In this document: positions 34,423 to 44,081 of the stretch, in pieces
Position numbering within the stretch: the stretch's first letter is position 1
How the letters are laid out: each line of letters starts with the position of its first letter
Notes under the pieces: model-generated
Seen by the model: the letters and a program-made list of their open reading frames with translations, nothing else
Database searches by the model: none
What the model was told of the DNA's origin: nothing
Source: a virus
UHGV virus genome: UHGV-0206210
Length of the DNA stretch: 44,081 bases
Strand: one strand, 5' to 3'
Program-made: the position numbers and the translations under genes

Positions 34423-34877
34423 ACATCGAAACTAGAGTGTATAAGCTTTTAACAGCAAGCGATATACCTAACCTTTTGAATTCTATTCGCGGATCAGTAA
34501 TACCCGAAGAAGATGGAATCTGGAAACATGATATTCCAGAAACGTTCCGTAAAAAAGAGTTAGCGCCATTCATTCGGATTAATCCAGTGTACGAAGGTGA
34601 CTACGACTATTCGGATGACAGTGCGATGTCTGAAGAGCAGAGAGTTCAGATATCTTACTGGTGTAAAACAGATACGCAGGCTTATCAAATTAAACAGATG
34701 TTAGATGATGTTTTGAAAGTCAATGACTTTACAAATTATACAGCAAATGAAACCCCGAGATATAAAGACACCGATATTGACCTGCTGATTAATCACAGGA
34801 AGTATCGGTTTTTTGATTGGGAATCTGAGGAGGAAAACAAATATGGCAACAAGAACAGTAAAAATTGGGTTAGATAA
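34419..34877 (+). CDS. Tail completion protein.
   Basis: 152 aa. Position. Confidence 0.4.
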   Translation: MNIETRVYKLLTASDIPNLLNSIRGSVIPEEDGIWKHDIPETFRKKELAPFIRINPVYEGDYDYSDDSAMSEEQRVQISYWCKTDTQAYQIKQMLDDVLKVNDFTNYTANETPRYKDTDIDLLINHRKYRFFDWESEEENKYGNKNSKNWVR

Positions 34878-35409
34878 TTGGGAAGTGGCTACACTCGATG
34901 ATGCAGACAAAGTAACGGGAACACCTACTGTTATCCCTGGACTAACATCTGCACAATTATCAATCACTATTAATAGTGCAAACTTTCAAGCAGATGATGG
35001 TTTGTGGGCAGTATTAGACGGAGGTATTTCTGCAATGCAGTTGACGATCGGTAATGCCGACTTGAAGTCTGAAGCAAAAGCAGTTTTACACGGATTGACA
35101 TTGGAAGATGGAATGGAAATCTATACATCTGATATGACGATCCCTTATGTAGCAACTATCTTCCGTTCTCGGTTAAATACAGGGAAATTCGTATGGTTCG
35201 GCCTTGCTAAAGGGAAATTTGTACCTGGTGGGTATGATTTGAATACACGTGCTGAAACGCCTTCTGGACAACCAGATTCCTTAGTAGGTAATTTTGAGCC
35301 ACGCGCTGATAAAGTGACACACATTATTACTAGAGAAGATAATGCGGATTTTGATATTGTTAAATTCCGTGCGAAAATTTTTCAATTAGCAGCTGGTGGC
35401 GATGAATAG
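34843..35409 (+). CDS. Major tail protein.
   Basis: GAGGAGG RBS before ATG 34843. Followed by a strong terminator hairpin and then the chaperone genes. Confidence 0.6.
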   Translation: MATRTVKIGLDNWEVATLDDADKVTGTPTVIPGLTSAQLSITINSANFQADDGLWAVLDGGISAMQLTIGNADLKSEAKAVLHGLTLEDGMEIYTSDMTIPYVATIFRSRLNTGKFVWFGLAKGKFVPGGYDLNTRAETPSGQPDSLVGNFEPRADKVTHIITREDNADFDIVKFRAKIFQLAAGGDE

Positions 35410-35438
35410 AGAGGGCGAAAGCTCTCTCTTTTTTATTT
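35408..35438 (+). terminator. Rho-independent terminator after the major tail gene.
   Basis: gagagggcgaaagctctctc followed by ttttttattt. Confidence 0.6.
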
Positions 35439-35451
35439 GAGGAGGTAAAAA

Positions 35452-35784
35452 ATGGTTGAGATTAAGCTAACAATCGATGGTAAAAAACAAACATTCAAAA
35501 AAAAGGAATTCACTATACGTGACAATATGCTTGCTGTAAAGCACCAAATTGTTGCAACTGAATTTTATGCAGATGAAAAGAATACAAATGATCCCGAAGA
35601 GTATGAGCAATTACAAGTCAATTTTGCTAAAACGATTTCTCAAATATTTAACAATGAATTTACTTATGAACAACTACTTAACGGACTGGCAGTGAAAGAA
35701 ATGAGTGTTTTAGATCAAATTTATATCGAAGCTTTAGGTGGAGAAATTGAGGATAAGGACGAAAAAAAGTCATTGATCCAGTAA
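35452..35784 (+). CDS. Tail assembly chaperone (gpG-like).
   Basis: 110 aa directly upstream of the tape measure. Slippery heptamer A_AAA_AAG at 35763-35769 near its 3' end. Confidence 0.6.
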   Translation: MVEIKLTIDGKKQTFKKKEFTIRDNMLAVKHQIVATEFYADEKNTNDPEEYEQLQVNFAKTISQIFNNEFTYEQLLNGLAVKEMSVLDQIYIEALGGEIEDKDEKKSLIQ

Positions 35785-35963
35785 CTCCAATCGAAGCGTA
35801 TCAATCTATTAAAGGAATGGTTCAAGGATTGATGAAGGCAGGATACAAACTACCAGAAGTATTAAATATGACGCTAAAGGATCTCGAACTCTTCAATGAG
35901 ATTCTCGACGAGTCATCAGAAGAGAGTGAGCTAACAGAAGACTTCTTGGACCTATTGATGTAG
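35452..35963 (+). CDS. gpGT-like chaperone fusion made by a -1 programmed frameshift at AAAAAAG (35763-35769). Extension reads ...KKVIDPVTPIEAYQSIKGMVQGLMKAGYKLPEVLNMTLKDLELFNEILDESSEESELTEDFLDLLM.
   Basis: The -1 frame stays open from the heptamer to TAG 35961-35963. Canonical X_XXY_YYZ heptamer in the zero frame. Confidence 0.55.
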
Positions 35964-35977
35964 AAAAGGAGGATAAA

Positions 35978-38900
35978 ATGGCTACAAATTTAGGTAATTT
36001 AGCAGCAACCGCCAGTCTGAATATAGATCCCTTTCAACAATCAACAAGGGTACTTGAAACGCAAATGCGTTCTATTGATAGAGCGTTAAAGGCGCAAGAA
36101 ACTGCATGGAAAAACAACTCTAAAAATGTTAATGCTCAAAAGGCGCAATATAATCTTACTGGGAAAGCAATTCAAAACTATTCAGCGCAGTTAGAAAAGC
36201 AGCGTGAAAAGTATGAAGGATTGATGTCGGAAATTGGAAATTTTAACCAAGCGACTGCTGACCAAAAAACGCAACTACTAGCAGCGGAAGCAGCAGTAAA
36301 TAAAACGGTTGGACAGATTGAAACCTTAACTGGTAAGTACAATGAATTAGGAAAACAAATCGCAATCAGTGAATCGAATTGGACTAAATCTGGTAAAGTG
36401 CTTGAAGAATTTGGCTCTAAGACTTCAAAAGTTGGTGAGGGTCTTAGTAGTTTTGGTACAAAAATGTCAATAGGAGTTACCGCTCCAATAGTGGCAGGAG
36501 TTACAGCAGTCACAAAAGCAGCTATTGATTGGGAATCGGCGTTCGCAGGTGTAAAGAAAACAAACGACGAAATAGTTGATTCAAATGGAAATGTTGTCTA
36601 CTCATATGCTGATTTAGAAAATGGACTACGTAATTTAGCAAAAGAATTGCCGTCGAGCCACAAAGAAATCGCTTCTGTTGCAGAAGCAGCCGGCCAATTA
36701 GGCATTCAAACAGAAAATGTTGTGGGCTTCACTAAAACCATGATTGATTTGGGAGAATCAACAAACATGGGAGCAGAAGAAGCGGCTACAGCACTTGCTC
36801 GACTAGCTAATATTACTCAATTACCTCAAGATCAGTTTGATCGTCTTGGATCTGCAATAGTCGATTTAGGAAACAATTTTGCTACCACTGAATCTGAAAT
36901 TACAGCAATGGCTCTTAGATTAGCGGGGGCAGGCTCGATAGTCGGGTTGTCGGAGGCAGATATTTTAGGATTGAGTGCAGCTCTTAGTTCTGTTGGAATC
37001 GAGGCTGAAGCTGGAGGATCAAGCATATCCAAACTGATGATAAACATGCAGTTAGCCACTGCTAAAGGTCAAGACGCATTTAAAAACTTACAGGAAGTTG
37101 CTGAAAGAAATGGGATCGCCTGGGAACAAGTGGAACAAGCGGTTGCAAATGGTGGTAAAGAATTAAAAAATATGTCTAATACTTTGGGATTAGGTAACAA
37201 GGGGTTAGCTGAGCTATACAAGAATGCGGATGATGCAAAATCCTCTTTGGAAGACTTTGCATATGTAGCTGGTATGTCTGGTGATGACTTTGCTAAGGCA
37301 TTCCAAGAAGATGCTGTAGGTGCAATAGGTAAGTTCATTGAAGGCTTGTCTCATGCAGAAGAAAAAGGGACTACAGCAATCGAAATGTTAGACAACATGG
37401 GAATTACGGAAGTTCGATTGCGTGATGCGTTACTTCGGGCCGGTGGTGCAAGTGAACTTTTCGGGGATGCAGTGGATAGATCGAATAAAGCTTTCGAAGA
37501 AAACACGGCTTTATCTGAAGAAGCTAGAAAACGTTATGAAACTGTTGAGTCACAACTAAGCACACTAAAAAATGAAGTTGTTGACATTGCAATTGAATTT
37601 GGTGGTCCATTCTTGCAAGCTCTTAGAGACGGTATACAGGCAGCTAAACCTCTTTTACAAACAGTAGGGGATCTAGCGAAGAAATTTAGTCAAGCAAATC
37701 CAGAAACTCAACAAGCAATTATGAAGTATCTCGGTTTAGCAGCGGCAATTGGTCCGGTTTCAAAAGTGATGGGTGGCTTTTTGAAAATAGCAGGTGGAGG
37801 CATTTCTACGATAGGCAAATTCAGTCAATGGATAGGCAAATTATCTGGAAATGCAAAAGCAAGCGAAGTTGCCCTGAAAATCGCTGAAGATGGAACTGTT
37901 AAAGTAGTTAATGCTATGTCAACAGGCACACAATCAGTTGGGTTGTTTAGCAAGTTAGTGGCAGGAGCGACAAAAAGTGTTTGGGGATTCAGCGGTGCCC
38001 TTGGATTGGTTACTTCCCCACTTGGTATCGCAGTGGCTGCTATCGCTGCCGGAGCTTTTGTCTATAAAACTTGGGGAGAAGACGCATTAGATTCTGCAAG
38101 AAAAACACAACGATGGGGAACCGATGTTTCTGATGAAACTGAAAAAACTCTAGAGAAGGTTAGAGAGTTTTCTTGGAACAGTTCCGATATGATGGGCAAC
38201 TTTGATGAAAGTGTCAATGCAAGTGCAAAAAATGTTGAAGAACAGTTTGGAGCAATGCAACAAACTATCTCAGATACAGTAGAGGAAATTAACAAAAAGA
38301 ACCAAGAAATAATTGAAAGCCTTCCCGAAGAACAACAGGGTCAAGCTCAAAAGAATGCTGAAGAGATTGAAAAAATTAATCAGCAGGTAGTTGAAGCAAC
38401 GCAATCTATGACCAACAGAGTAGTTGCTATTTACAAGAAACACAATGGGGATGTATCTCAATTTACCATTGCTGAAAAAGAAATGGTACTTTCAGCTAGA
38501 GAATCTATGATTCAAACAGAAGTTAACCTTCTGGAAATGTCTGGCGAAAAGAAAAAAGCTGTTATGCTTGCTATGGGAACGGACATAAACCAGATGAATA
38601 TGAAACAAGCTGGTGAATATGCTCAATATTTAACTGAGGCTGTCCAAAAAAGTAATGAAAGTTATGACAAGCAAATTTCAAAGCAAAAAGAGGCATTAGA
38701 AGCTGGACTTATTTCTCAAAGTGATTATGCAGCTAAAGTAGCCGAGATACAGACCAACCACGATCTGTCTACGCAAGCTTTTGCAGACAAACTGTATCAG
38801 TATTACAAGAAAATGGGCGATGTAGATGCTGATGTAGGTAAGGTTCGATTAGCATTCCAAGAATTGGGATTAAACTATGATGAAGTAGCGGCAAGAGCTG

Positions 38901-40066
38901 AATCAGCCACAGCGACTATGATTGATAAAAATTCTATTCTTGCAAAATCAACTCAAGATATGTCAAATGAAGCTATCATTGCAAATGAGCAATGGAATAA
39001 CATGGTTTTCGATCCAAAAACAGGAGAAATAAAGTCAAATGCGAAGGAAATTATTGCAGAAGCTTTTAGCAGTGAAGAGGGTTGGAACAATTTAGAATTC
39101 ATTCTAAAAAATGCGAATTTGACTTCTAATGCACGTGCTGAAGTGGCTATTGCAACTGGAGAAGCAGGTAAATGGAATGAACTTAATCTTGATCAGAAAT
39201 ATATTCTGGCAAATGGCGATCAAGCTTTAATTGCTTTTTATGATGCAATAGATGCTAATGGGCAGTGGAATGAATACGAATCGGTTGTAAAGATTATCGG
39301 GGCGAATAACACACAAGCTATTCAAGCTATTTTTGAATCAAAAGAAAATTTAAAAGCTTGGAACCAACTTTCTCCAGAGCTCAAAGACATTATCGTCAAT
39401 GATAAAGCTAGTGACAAACTTATTCCAGGAACAAATCTTTATAACGAATGGTTGCGACTTCCTGACAGTTTGAAAAATATCAAAATCAATGCAGATACCT
39501 ATGGCGCAACTTTAGCCCAACAAGCAATCAATAGTGTAAATGACAAGAATGTCTATATTAGAGTGCATTATCAAGGTAGAGATACAGGTCAAACCGCTAT
39601 AAGAGCAACAGGAGATCCTTATTTTCAAGGAGGCCCGGTTTGGTTAGGTGACGGAGGTAAAGCGGAACCTTATTTGACTCCACAAGGTCATTTTGGTATT
39701 TCTCCTGCCGATTGGACAATGTACAACTTACCGAGAGGAACTAAGATCTGGCCATCGGTTCAAAAAATGATGGAGACTTTACCACGCTATGCAAACGGAA
39801 CAAAGTTCGATGACACAAACATTTCTCGAATCGGCAATATTTTTTCACCCAATAAATCTGGATCCACACACGAATCTAATGTGACAATCAAGTTAGATCA
39901 AATAATTGGACTACTGAACAGTATATTGAATAAAGAGCTAAATTATAATTTTGAAGGAATTATACAGCTCGAAGATAAGCAAAAAGTTGGTAGATGGTTA
40001 GCACCTGTTTTGAGAGCTATAGAAAAGAATTCTACTACAATTCAGATGATAAAGGAGGGAAAGTAA
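35978..40066 (+). CDS. Tape measure protein.
   Basis: 1362 aa. AGGAGG RBS. Long helical Ala/Gly-rich segments. Position after G/GT. Confidence 0.85.
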   Translation: MATNLGNLAATASLNIDPFQQSTRVLETQMRSIDRALKAQETAWKNNSKNVNAQKAQYNLTGKAIQNYSAQLEKQREKYEGLMSEIGNFNQATADQKTQLLAAEAAVNKTVGQIETLTGKYNELGKQIAISESNWTKSGKVLEEFGSKTSKVGEGLSSFGTKMSIGVTAPIVAGVTAVTKAAIDWESAFAGVKKTNDEIVDSNGNVVYSYADLENGLRNLAKELPSSHKEIASVAEAAGQLGIQTENVVGFTKTMIDLGESTNMGAEEAATALARLANITQLPQDQFDRLGSAIVDLGNNFATTESEITAMALRLAGAGSIVGLSEADILGLSAALSSVGIEAEAGGSSISKLMINMQLATAKGQDAFKNLQEVAERNGIAWEQVEQAVANGGKELKNMSNTLGLGNKGLAELYKNADDAKSSLEDFAYVAGMSGDDFAKAFQEDAVGAIGKFIEGLSHAEEKGTTAIEMLDNMGITEVRLRDALLRAGGASELFGDAVDRSNKAFEENTALSEEARKRYETVESQLSTLKNEVVDIAIEFGGPFLQALRDGIQAAKPLLQTVGDLAKKFSQANPETQQAIMKYLGLAAAIGPVSKVMGGFLKIAGGGISTIGKFSQWIGKLSGNAKASEVALKIAEDGTVKVVNAMSTGTQSVGLFSKLVAGATKSVWGFSGALGLVTSPLGIAVAAIAAGAFVYKTWGEDALDSARKTQRWGTDVSDETEKTLEKVREFSWNSSDMMGNFDESVNASAKNVEEQFGAMQQTISDTVEEINKKNQEIIESLPEEQQGQAQKNAEEIEKINQQVVEATQSMTNRVVAIYKKHNGDVSQFTIAEKEMVLSARESMIQTEVNLLEMSGEKKKAVMLAMGTDINQMNMKQAGEYAQYLTEAVQKSNESYDKQISKQKEALEAGLISQSDYAAKVAEIQTNHDLSTQAFADKLYQYYKKMGDVDADVGKVRLAFQELGLNYDEVAARAESATATMIDKNSILAKSTQDMSNEAIIANEQWNNMVFDPKTGEIKSNAKEIIAEAFSSEEGWNNLEFILKNANLTSNARAEVAIATGEAGKWNELNLDQKYILANGDQALIAFYDAIDANGQWNEYESVVKIIGANNTQAIQAIFESKENLKAWNQLSPELKDIIVNDKASDKLIPGTNLYNEWLRLPDSLKNIKINADTYGATLAQQAINSVNDKNVYIRVHYQGRDTGQTAIRATGDPYFQGGPVWLGDGGKAEPYLTPQGHFGISPADWTMYNLPRGTKIWPSVQKMMETLPRYANGTKFDDTNISRIGNIFSPNKSGSTHESNVTIKLDQIIGLLNSILNKELNYNFEGIIQLEDKQKVGRWLAPVLRAIEKNSTTIQMIKEGK

Positions 40067-40068
40067 AT

Positions 40069-41544
40069 TTGAAAAAAATTATCCAATTTAATGATAAACA
40101 ATTAGAAGTTGATAGTTTGAAAACAACAATTAAGCCGATTGTCACAATAAACAATAATCTTTTAAACAAGACAAATTCGATTGTTAAAAAGATTGGAAAT
40201 TATGAAAGCAGCCCCAAAATTATCGTTTTATCTTTCCCCTTACAGCATCAAAATAAAAATAATACCATCGAGAAGATCGGTTCTTTTTTTTACACTGAAG
40301 ATGTTAAGAGATTAGTTAATCCTAGAGATGAATCCAAGTTCTTTTTAGCAAAGTTAGAGGGAGAAATAGAGTATAACGAAGATGGAAATATAGTATATTG
40401 TACTGTTAGTATGGTAGTTCCTGAAGGTGTGTCTAGATCTATTGATATAACGGCTGCTCCTTTTGAAGATTCAACAGAAGGTAAAATTGCGACAATCAAA
40501 AATAATGGAACTTTTAACACAACTGTAGATTTCAATGTGAACTTTTTGTCAGATGCTAATTCAATTGCGTTTGTGTCTGGTGAAAAAGTGTTGCAGTTGG
40601 GATCTGCAGAGGCACCTGATTCTAGCGGAGAAGTACCCAAAACAGAGCTTGTTTTAAAAGATCAGATGACTAGTTCCACTAGCGCTCAATGGAACATTAA
40701 TCAAGCTAGAATTCGTCGTAATGAAAGCGCAGGAGATCATACTTCAAAACGGATGGGAAGTTTAAAGTATGATTCAACTGGTACATGGGTCAATAGTACA
40801 GGCAGCGTTACTGATGAAGACAAGTTTTGGCATGGCCCATCAATAAGTCGAGATATTATTGAAATGGAAAACTGGGAAGTTTGGAGCGCAGTTACCTTTA
40901 AATCTACAGGGGGAGGAAAATCGGAAGCTGCTCAAGAAGGTTTAATGGAAATTAATGTACTGGATGAGGATAACAACTTCTTAATGGGGTTGCAATTGAT
41001 GGATGGATATCCTTCTCTCGATAAAGTTAGTTGGACATTCTTCATTGGAGACAACGTAGTTGATTGGGGTTATTTTCCAAGCAGTGTAATGAAATCTGGG
41101 GGTGGATTTTACGGACAAGTTATCTTCAAAAAAGTAGACAACAAATTTAGTTTTAAAATTGCACGAGTGTCAAACAACAAGGAGACCTGGAGAGTAACTA
41201 GAGAAACTATAAACAACACGATTGCTACACTCTCAGCTAAGCGGGTGTCATATTATATGGCCACCTACGGAAAACAACCTGCTTATAATATGGGGGTTAG
41301 TTTCTGCCAAATCAAAAAGATTAATTCTTTAGACCCTTTAAATGTACCTTTAACGTTTTACGAAGGCGACTATCTGCAGGTTATTGATAACAAGATTTAC
41401 TTGAATAGTGTTTTATCTGGAGACTATAGGGTTGTCGGCAGTAGCAATGTATTTACGGTGGATGCTAGTTCAACAACACCAATCTATTGCGTGACAGATG
41501 GAGATGTGACTGCAACTGCAGAAATTAGGGAGCGATTCGTATGA
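40069..41544 (+). CDS. Distal tail protein (Dit), extended form.
   Basis: GGAGGG sits 9 nt before TTG 40069. N-terminus KIIQFNDKQLEVDSL...IIVLSFPL is typical of siphovirus Dit. Extra C-terminal beta-rich module. Confidence 0.6.
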   Translation: MKKIIQFNDKQLEVDSLKTTIKPIVTINNNLLNKTNSIVKKIGNYESSPKIIVLSFPLQHQNKNNTIEKIGSFFYTEDVKRLVNPRDESKFFLAKLEGEIEYNEDGNIVYCTVSMVVPEGVSRSIDITAAPFEDSTEGKIATIKNNGTFNTTVDFNVNFLSDANSIAFVSGEKVLQLGSAEAPDSSGEVPKTELVLKDQMTSSTSAQWNINQARIRRNESAGDHTSKRMGSLKYDSTGTWVNSTGSVTDEDKFWHGPSISRDIIEMENWEVWSAVTFKSTGGGKSEAAQEGLMEINVLDEDNNFLMGLQLMDGYPSLDKVSWTFFIGDNVVDWGYFPSSVMKSGGGFYGQVIFKKVDNKFSFKIARVSNNKETWRVTRETINNTIATLSAKRVSYYMATYGKQPAYNMGVSFCQIKKINSLDPLNVPLTFYEGDYLQVIDNKIYLNSVLSGDYRVVGSSNVFTVDASSTTPIYCVTDGDVTATAEIRERFV

Positions 41545-44072
41545 TATTACACTTTTTGGACAAACAAATGAATCATATAGAAACAGTGGACACTTCCTAT
41601 CAGATGGATACAATTATTTCTGAGCTTTTTATTGAAAAAGAATTAGTTAATGGTACTGCTATTCATACTGCGAGCTTTGATATTTATAAAACGAGTGATA
41701 TTAGTGAGAAGTTAAATCTTGGAAAATTTTTAATCATTGATGACTTAAAAATTTTAATGGTCATCATGGCAGAATCAGAAGAAACTGAATATGTTAGACC
41801 AGTGACTTGTTATGATTTAGGTGTGTCACTTAGAAACGGTAGTGCAGTAATGATTGATTCAAGAGATGCACAATATATTGATTATTATGTCAATCGAGAA
41901 ATTGCTCAGACGGACTGGGAGATAGGTAGAAATGAGCTTGGAACAGATATTAAGAAGATAGGAAACTTTTCTGAAGAATCACCACTTTCTCGTTTGCAAT
42001 CGATATGTGAGTTATTTAACTGCGAGATGTCTTTTAGATATGAGTTTTCAAATCTAAAAGTGACAAAAAAATACATTGATATCTCGTATAGCATCGGTGT
42101 CGATCGATCAAATGATATTCATTATTCTGGAGAAGATGTAGTTTCAATTAGTAAATCATCAGATATCTATAATTTCTTTTCAGCGATTAGAGACCAAAAT
42201 CAGGGATTCAATGACTTGGTACTAGACGATGGTAGATTTTTTACTATGAAAGGTGAGTCAATTATTTATGATCGCCAATCAAATACAGAATATGGGTATT
42301 CTAATACATCTAAAGACGTGTTTACTAGTTATACATTTGGTAATTTTTCTTCAAGTGATGAATTGAGTCCACAAGAAAGATATAACCAGGGATTGGATTT
42401 ATTAAAAGCGAGTAACAGTCCGACCTTAGAAGTTACGGTAAACCATCTTTTTGAGATGGGGGATTTAGATGTTGGAGATACAGTCATCTATATTGACGAA
42501 GAATTCAAACCAGCATTAAGGGTAAAAGCAAGGGTCAAAAAGATTACTATGAATGATGATCAAACAAAAAATGAGGTGGAATTAAGCAACTATGAGCTTC
42601 TGCAAAGTCAGATTTCATCTGATGTCATTGCTCTTCAACAACAACTTGCACCGCCAAAAGATATCTATCTAGTTAAGATATCGTCAGATAGTCCAACATC
42701 GATTAAAGATAATGTAGGCAACATTACACTTACAGCGACGGTCTATCACAATGGTAGAGATATTACACCTAAAGTTAATAAGGATACGTTTGTATGGACG
42801 AAGCAAAATGAACAAGGCATTCACGATGAGCAGTGGGAAGCGAATGCCAAGGGAAATCAAGTTGTCATTCCAAAAAATAGTATCTCAGAAAAAACAGATA
42901 TCATAAAATGCCAAGCTGTTGTATTCGAAACACCTGGTGTACAAGCAATTTATTTTATAAATGGGTTAAAGTCAGTCACTAACGATGTTTTGCGGTATAT
43001 CAATAAGGAAATGATTGTCAGCGCATTTATCACTGATATACATTTCGCAACTGACACAGCTATCCGTGATGATTTATCAAATTATGGTATTTCTCATCGA
43101 CATGTAGATAATGTGGTTGCTTTTAGTAAAAATATTGCTCTAGATTATATTGTTGGTGGAGGAGACTTGATTGACGGCAGCACTTACAATAAAACATTAG
43201 CTAAGAGAGACTTAACAAATATTGTATCGAGAATGGGAAACGCAGATTGTCCTTATTTTTCGATTATTGGAAACCATGAATTTAATTCATGGGGAGATGG
43301 AAGATCAGGTGGGATTCTTAAAAAAGTGAATGCATATCAAATGAAAGACCCGAACAGTACCTTGTTTGTTGGGAAGTTAAAAAATGTTCTAACGATGAGT
43401 GAGTTGTATCAGGCAATGATTCGTCCATCAACAATATTCTCAATAAATGATAGTGGAAAAGGCTATTACTATTATGATGTTCCTGATAAGAATTTTCGTG
43501 CGATATTTCTTAACTCAAGCGATATTCCGCTAACCCTCGATGTGGATGGATATGCAAAGTACAACCCTATTGGAGTTTCTGGTTATCGCCAAGAACAAAT
43601 TGACTGGTTGAAAAATGTTTTATTAAATACACCAACATCAATGACAGTTGGCGTATACCAGCATTTTCCATTCGGAAGAAGGTATGATGCAAACGATAAT
43701 AGTTATCCATATAATTACGAAATGATTGATGGCTTGTTATCGGCTTTTAAAACTGGAGGCAGTTTTACTAGAACCTATTCAGATAATGTAGATTTTCAAG
43801 CAAGTGTTTCCGTCAATTTTAATGGGCGAAAGGGAACAGTTGCTTTTTTGATGCACGGACACACTCATAAAGATCGAATTTCGCTTGGAGAAGATGGTAT
43901 CCATAATGTGTCGACTGGATGTTCAGTTAGTCGACCAAAACACGATATGCTAGATCGTTCAATCGGAACATTGAGTGAAGATTTATGGGATGTTGTAGCT
44001 GTTGATACAAAGAATAGAAAAGTAAAAATGTTTCGGTTTGGTAGTGGAGAGGATCGAGAGTTCTCGTATTAA
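41541..44072 (+). CDS. Tail-associated protein (Tal-like). N-terminal tail-tip domain plus a C-terminal calcineurin-like metallophosphoesterase domain.
   Basis: 843 aa. C-terminal motifs FITDIHF (DxH), GGGDLIDG (GDxxD), IGNHEFN (GNHE), MHGHTHKD (GHxH). Confidence 0.6.
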   Translation: MILHFLDKQMNHIETVDTSYQMDTIISELFIEKELVNGTAIHTASFDIYKTSDISEKLNLGKFLIIDDLKILMVIMAESEETEYVRPVTCYDLGVSLRNGSAVMIDSRDAQYIDYYVNREIAQTDWEIGRNELGTDIKKIGNFSEESPLSRLQSICELFNCEMSFRYEFSNLKVTKKYIDISYSIGVDRSNDIHYSGEDVVSISKSSDIYNFFSAIRDQNQGFNDLVLDDGRFFTMKGESIIYDRQSNTEYGYSNTSKDVFTSYTFGNFSSSDELSPQERYNQGLDLLKASNSPTLEVTVNHLFEMGDLDVGDTVIYIDEEFKPALRVKARVKKITMNDDQTKNEVELSNYELLQSQISSDVIALQQQLAPPKDIYLVKISSDSPTSIKDNVGNITLTATVYHNGRDITPKVNKDTFVWTKQNEQGIHDEQWEANAKGNQVVIPKNSISEKTDIIKCQAVVFETPGVQAIYFINGLKSVTNDVLRYINKEMIVSAFITDIHFATDTAIRDDLSNYGISHRHVDNVVAFSKNIALDYIVGGGDLIDGSTYNKTLAKRDLTNIVSRMGNADCPYFSIIGNHEFNSWGDGRSGGILKKVNAYQMKDPNSTLFVGKLKNVLTMSELYQAMIRPSTIFSINDSGKGYYYYDVPDKNFRAIFLNSSDIPLTLDVDGYAKYNPIGVSGYRQEQIDWLKNVLLNTPTSMTVGVYQHFPFGRRYDANDNSYPYNYEMIDGLLSAFKTGGSFTRTYSDNVDFQASVSVNFNGRKGTVAFLMHGHTHKDRISLGEDGIHNVSTGCSVSRPKHDMLDRSIGTLSEDLWDVVAVDTKNRKVKMFRFGSGEDREFSY

Positions 44073-44081
44073 GGAGGGAAT

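Noticed and set aside
36178-38461. Five minus-strand ORFs (60-111 aa) inside the tape measure gene.
   Set aside because: They lie antisense within a long, clearly coding gene. They have no RBS and their low-complexity products mirror the Ala/Gly/Ser-rich sense frame. They are classic shadow ORFs.

Overview
The window reads as one complete, circularly permuted temperate siphovirus genome from a low-GC Gram-positive host (Enterococcus/Listeria-like codon usage and RBS style). The two ends appear contiguous: the last gene, a Tal-like tail protein ending at 44072, is followed by a GGAGGG RBS that sits 6 nt upstream of the TTG at position 4, which opens the tail-fibre gene. Gene order, if the window is treated as a circle, is as follows. 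(1) Tail fibre, then a PBSX-like lysis cassette of XkdW/XkdX-like small proteins, an XhlA-like membrane protein, a holin and an amidase endolysin. (2) A visibly AT-richer accessory region (judged by eye, not computed) holding a 3-gene cassette of unknown function with its own near-consensus promoter, fenced by terminator hairpins, and a LexA-box-controlled Y-family polymerase gene. (3) An attP-like region with tandem 12-bp direct repeats, followed by a tyrosine integrase. (4) A lysogeny switch made of a lipoprotein, an ImmA protease, a cI-like repressor, palindromic operators, cro and xis. (5) An early region with ERF, a DnaD-like initiator carrying internal iterons, RusA, SSB, YopX and ArpU. 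(6) An about 750-bp non-coding stretch with a tRNA-like T-arm and a terminator. (7) A packaging module of an HTH plus SbcD-like phosphoesterase, HNH, a P27-family small terminase, an antisense gene wedged before the large terminase, and the large terminase itself. (8) An HK97-type head module. (9) A tail module with a -1 programmed frameshift (chaperone G/GT), the tape measure, Dit, and a Tal with a C-terminal metallophosphoesterase domain. Several small genes lie antisense to the phage backbone and look like morons or candidate defense or counter-defense genes. The most likely undescribed system is the AT-rich three-gene cassette at 4870-7304. No CRISPR array and no canonical tRNA or rRNA could be supported. 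All domain calls rest on motif recognition by eye, not on searches.
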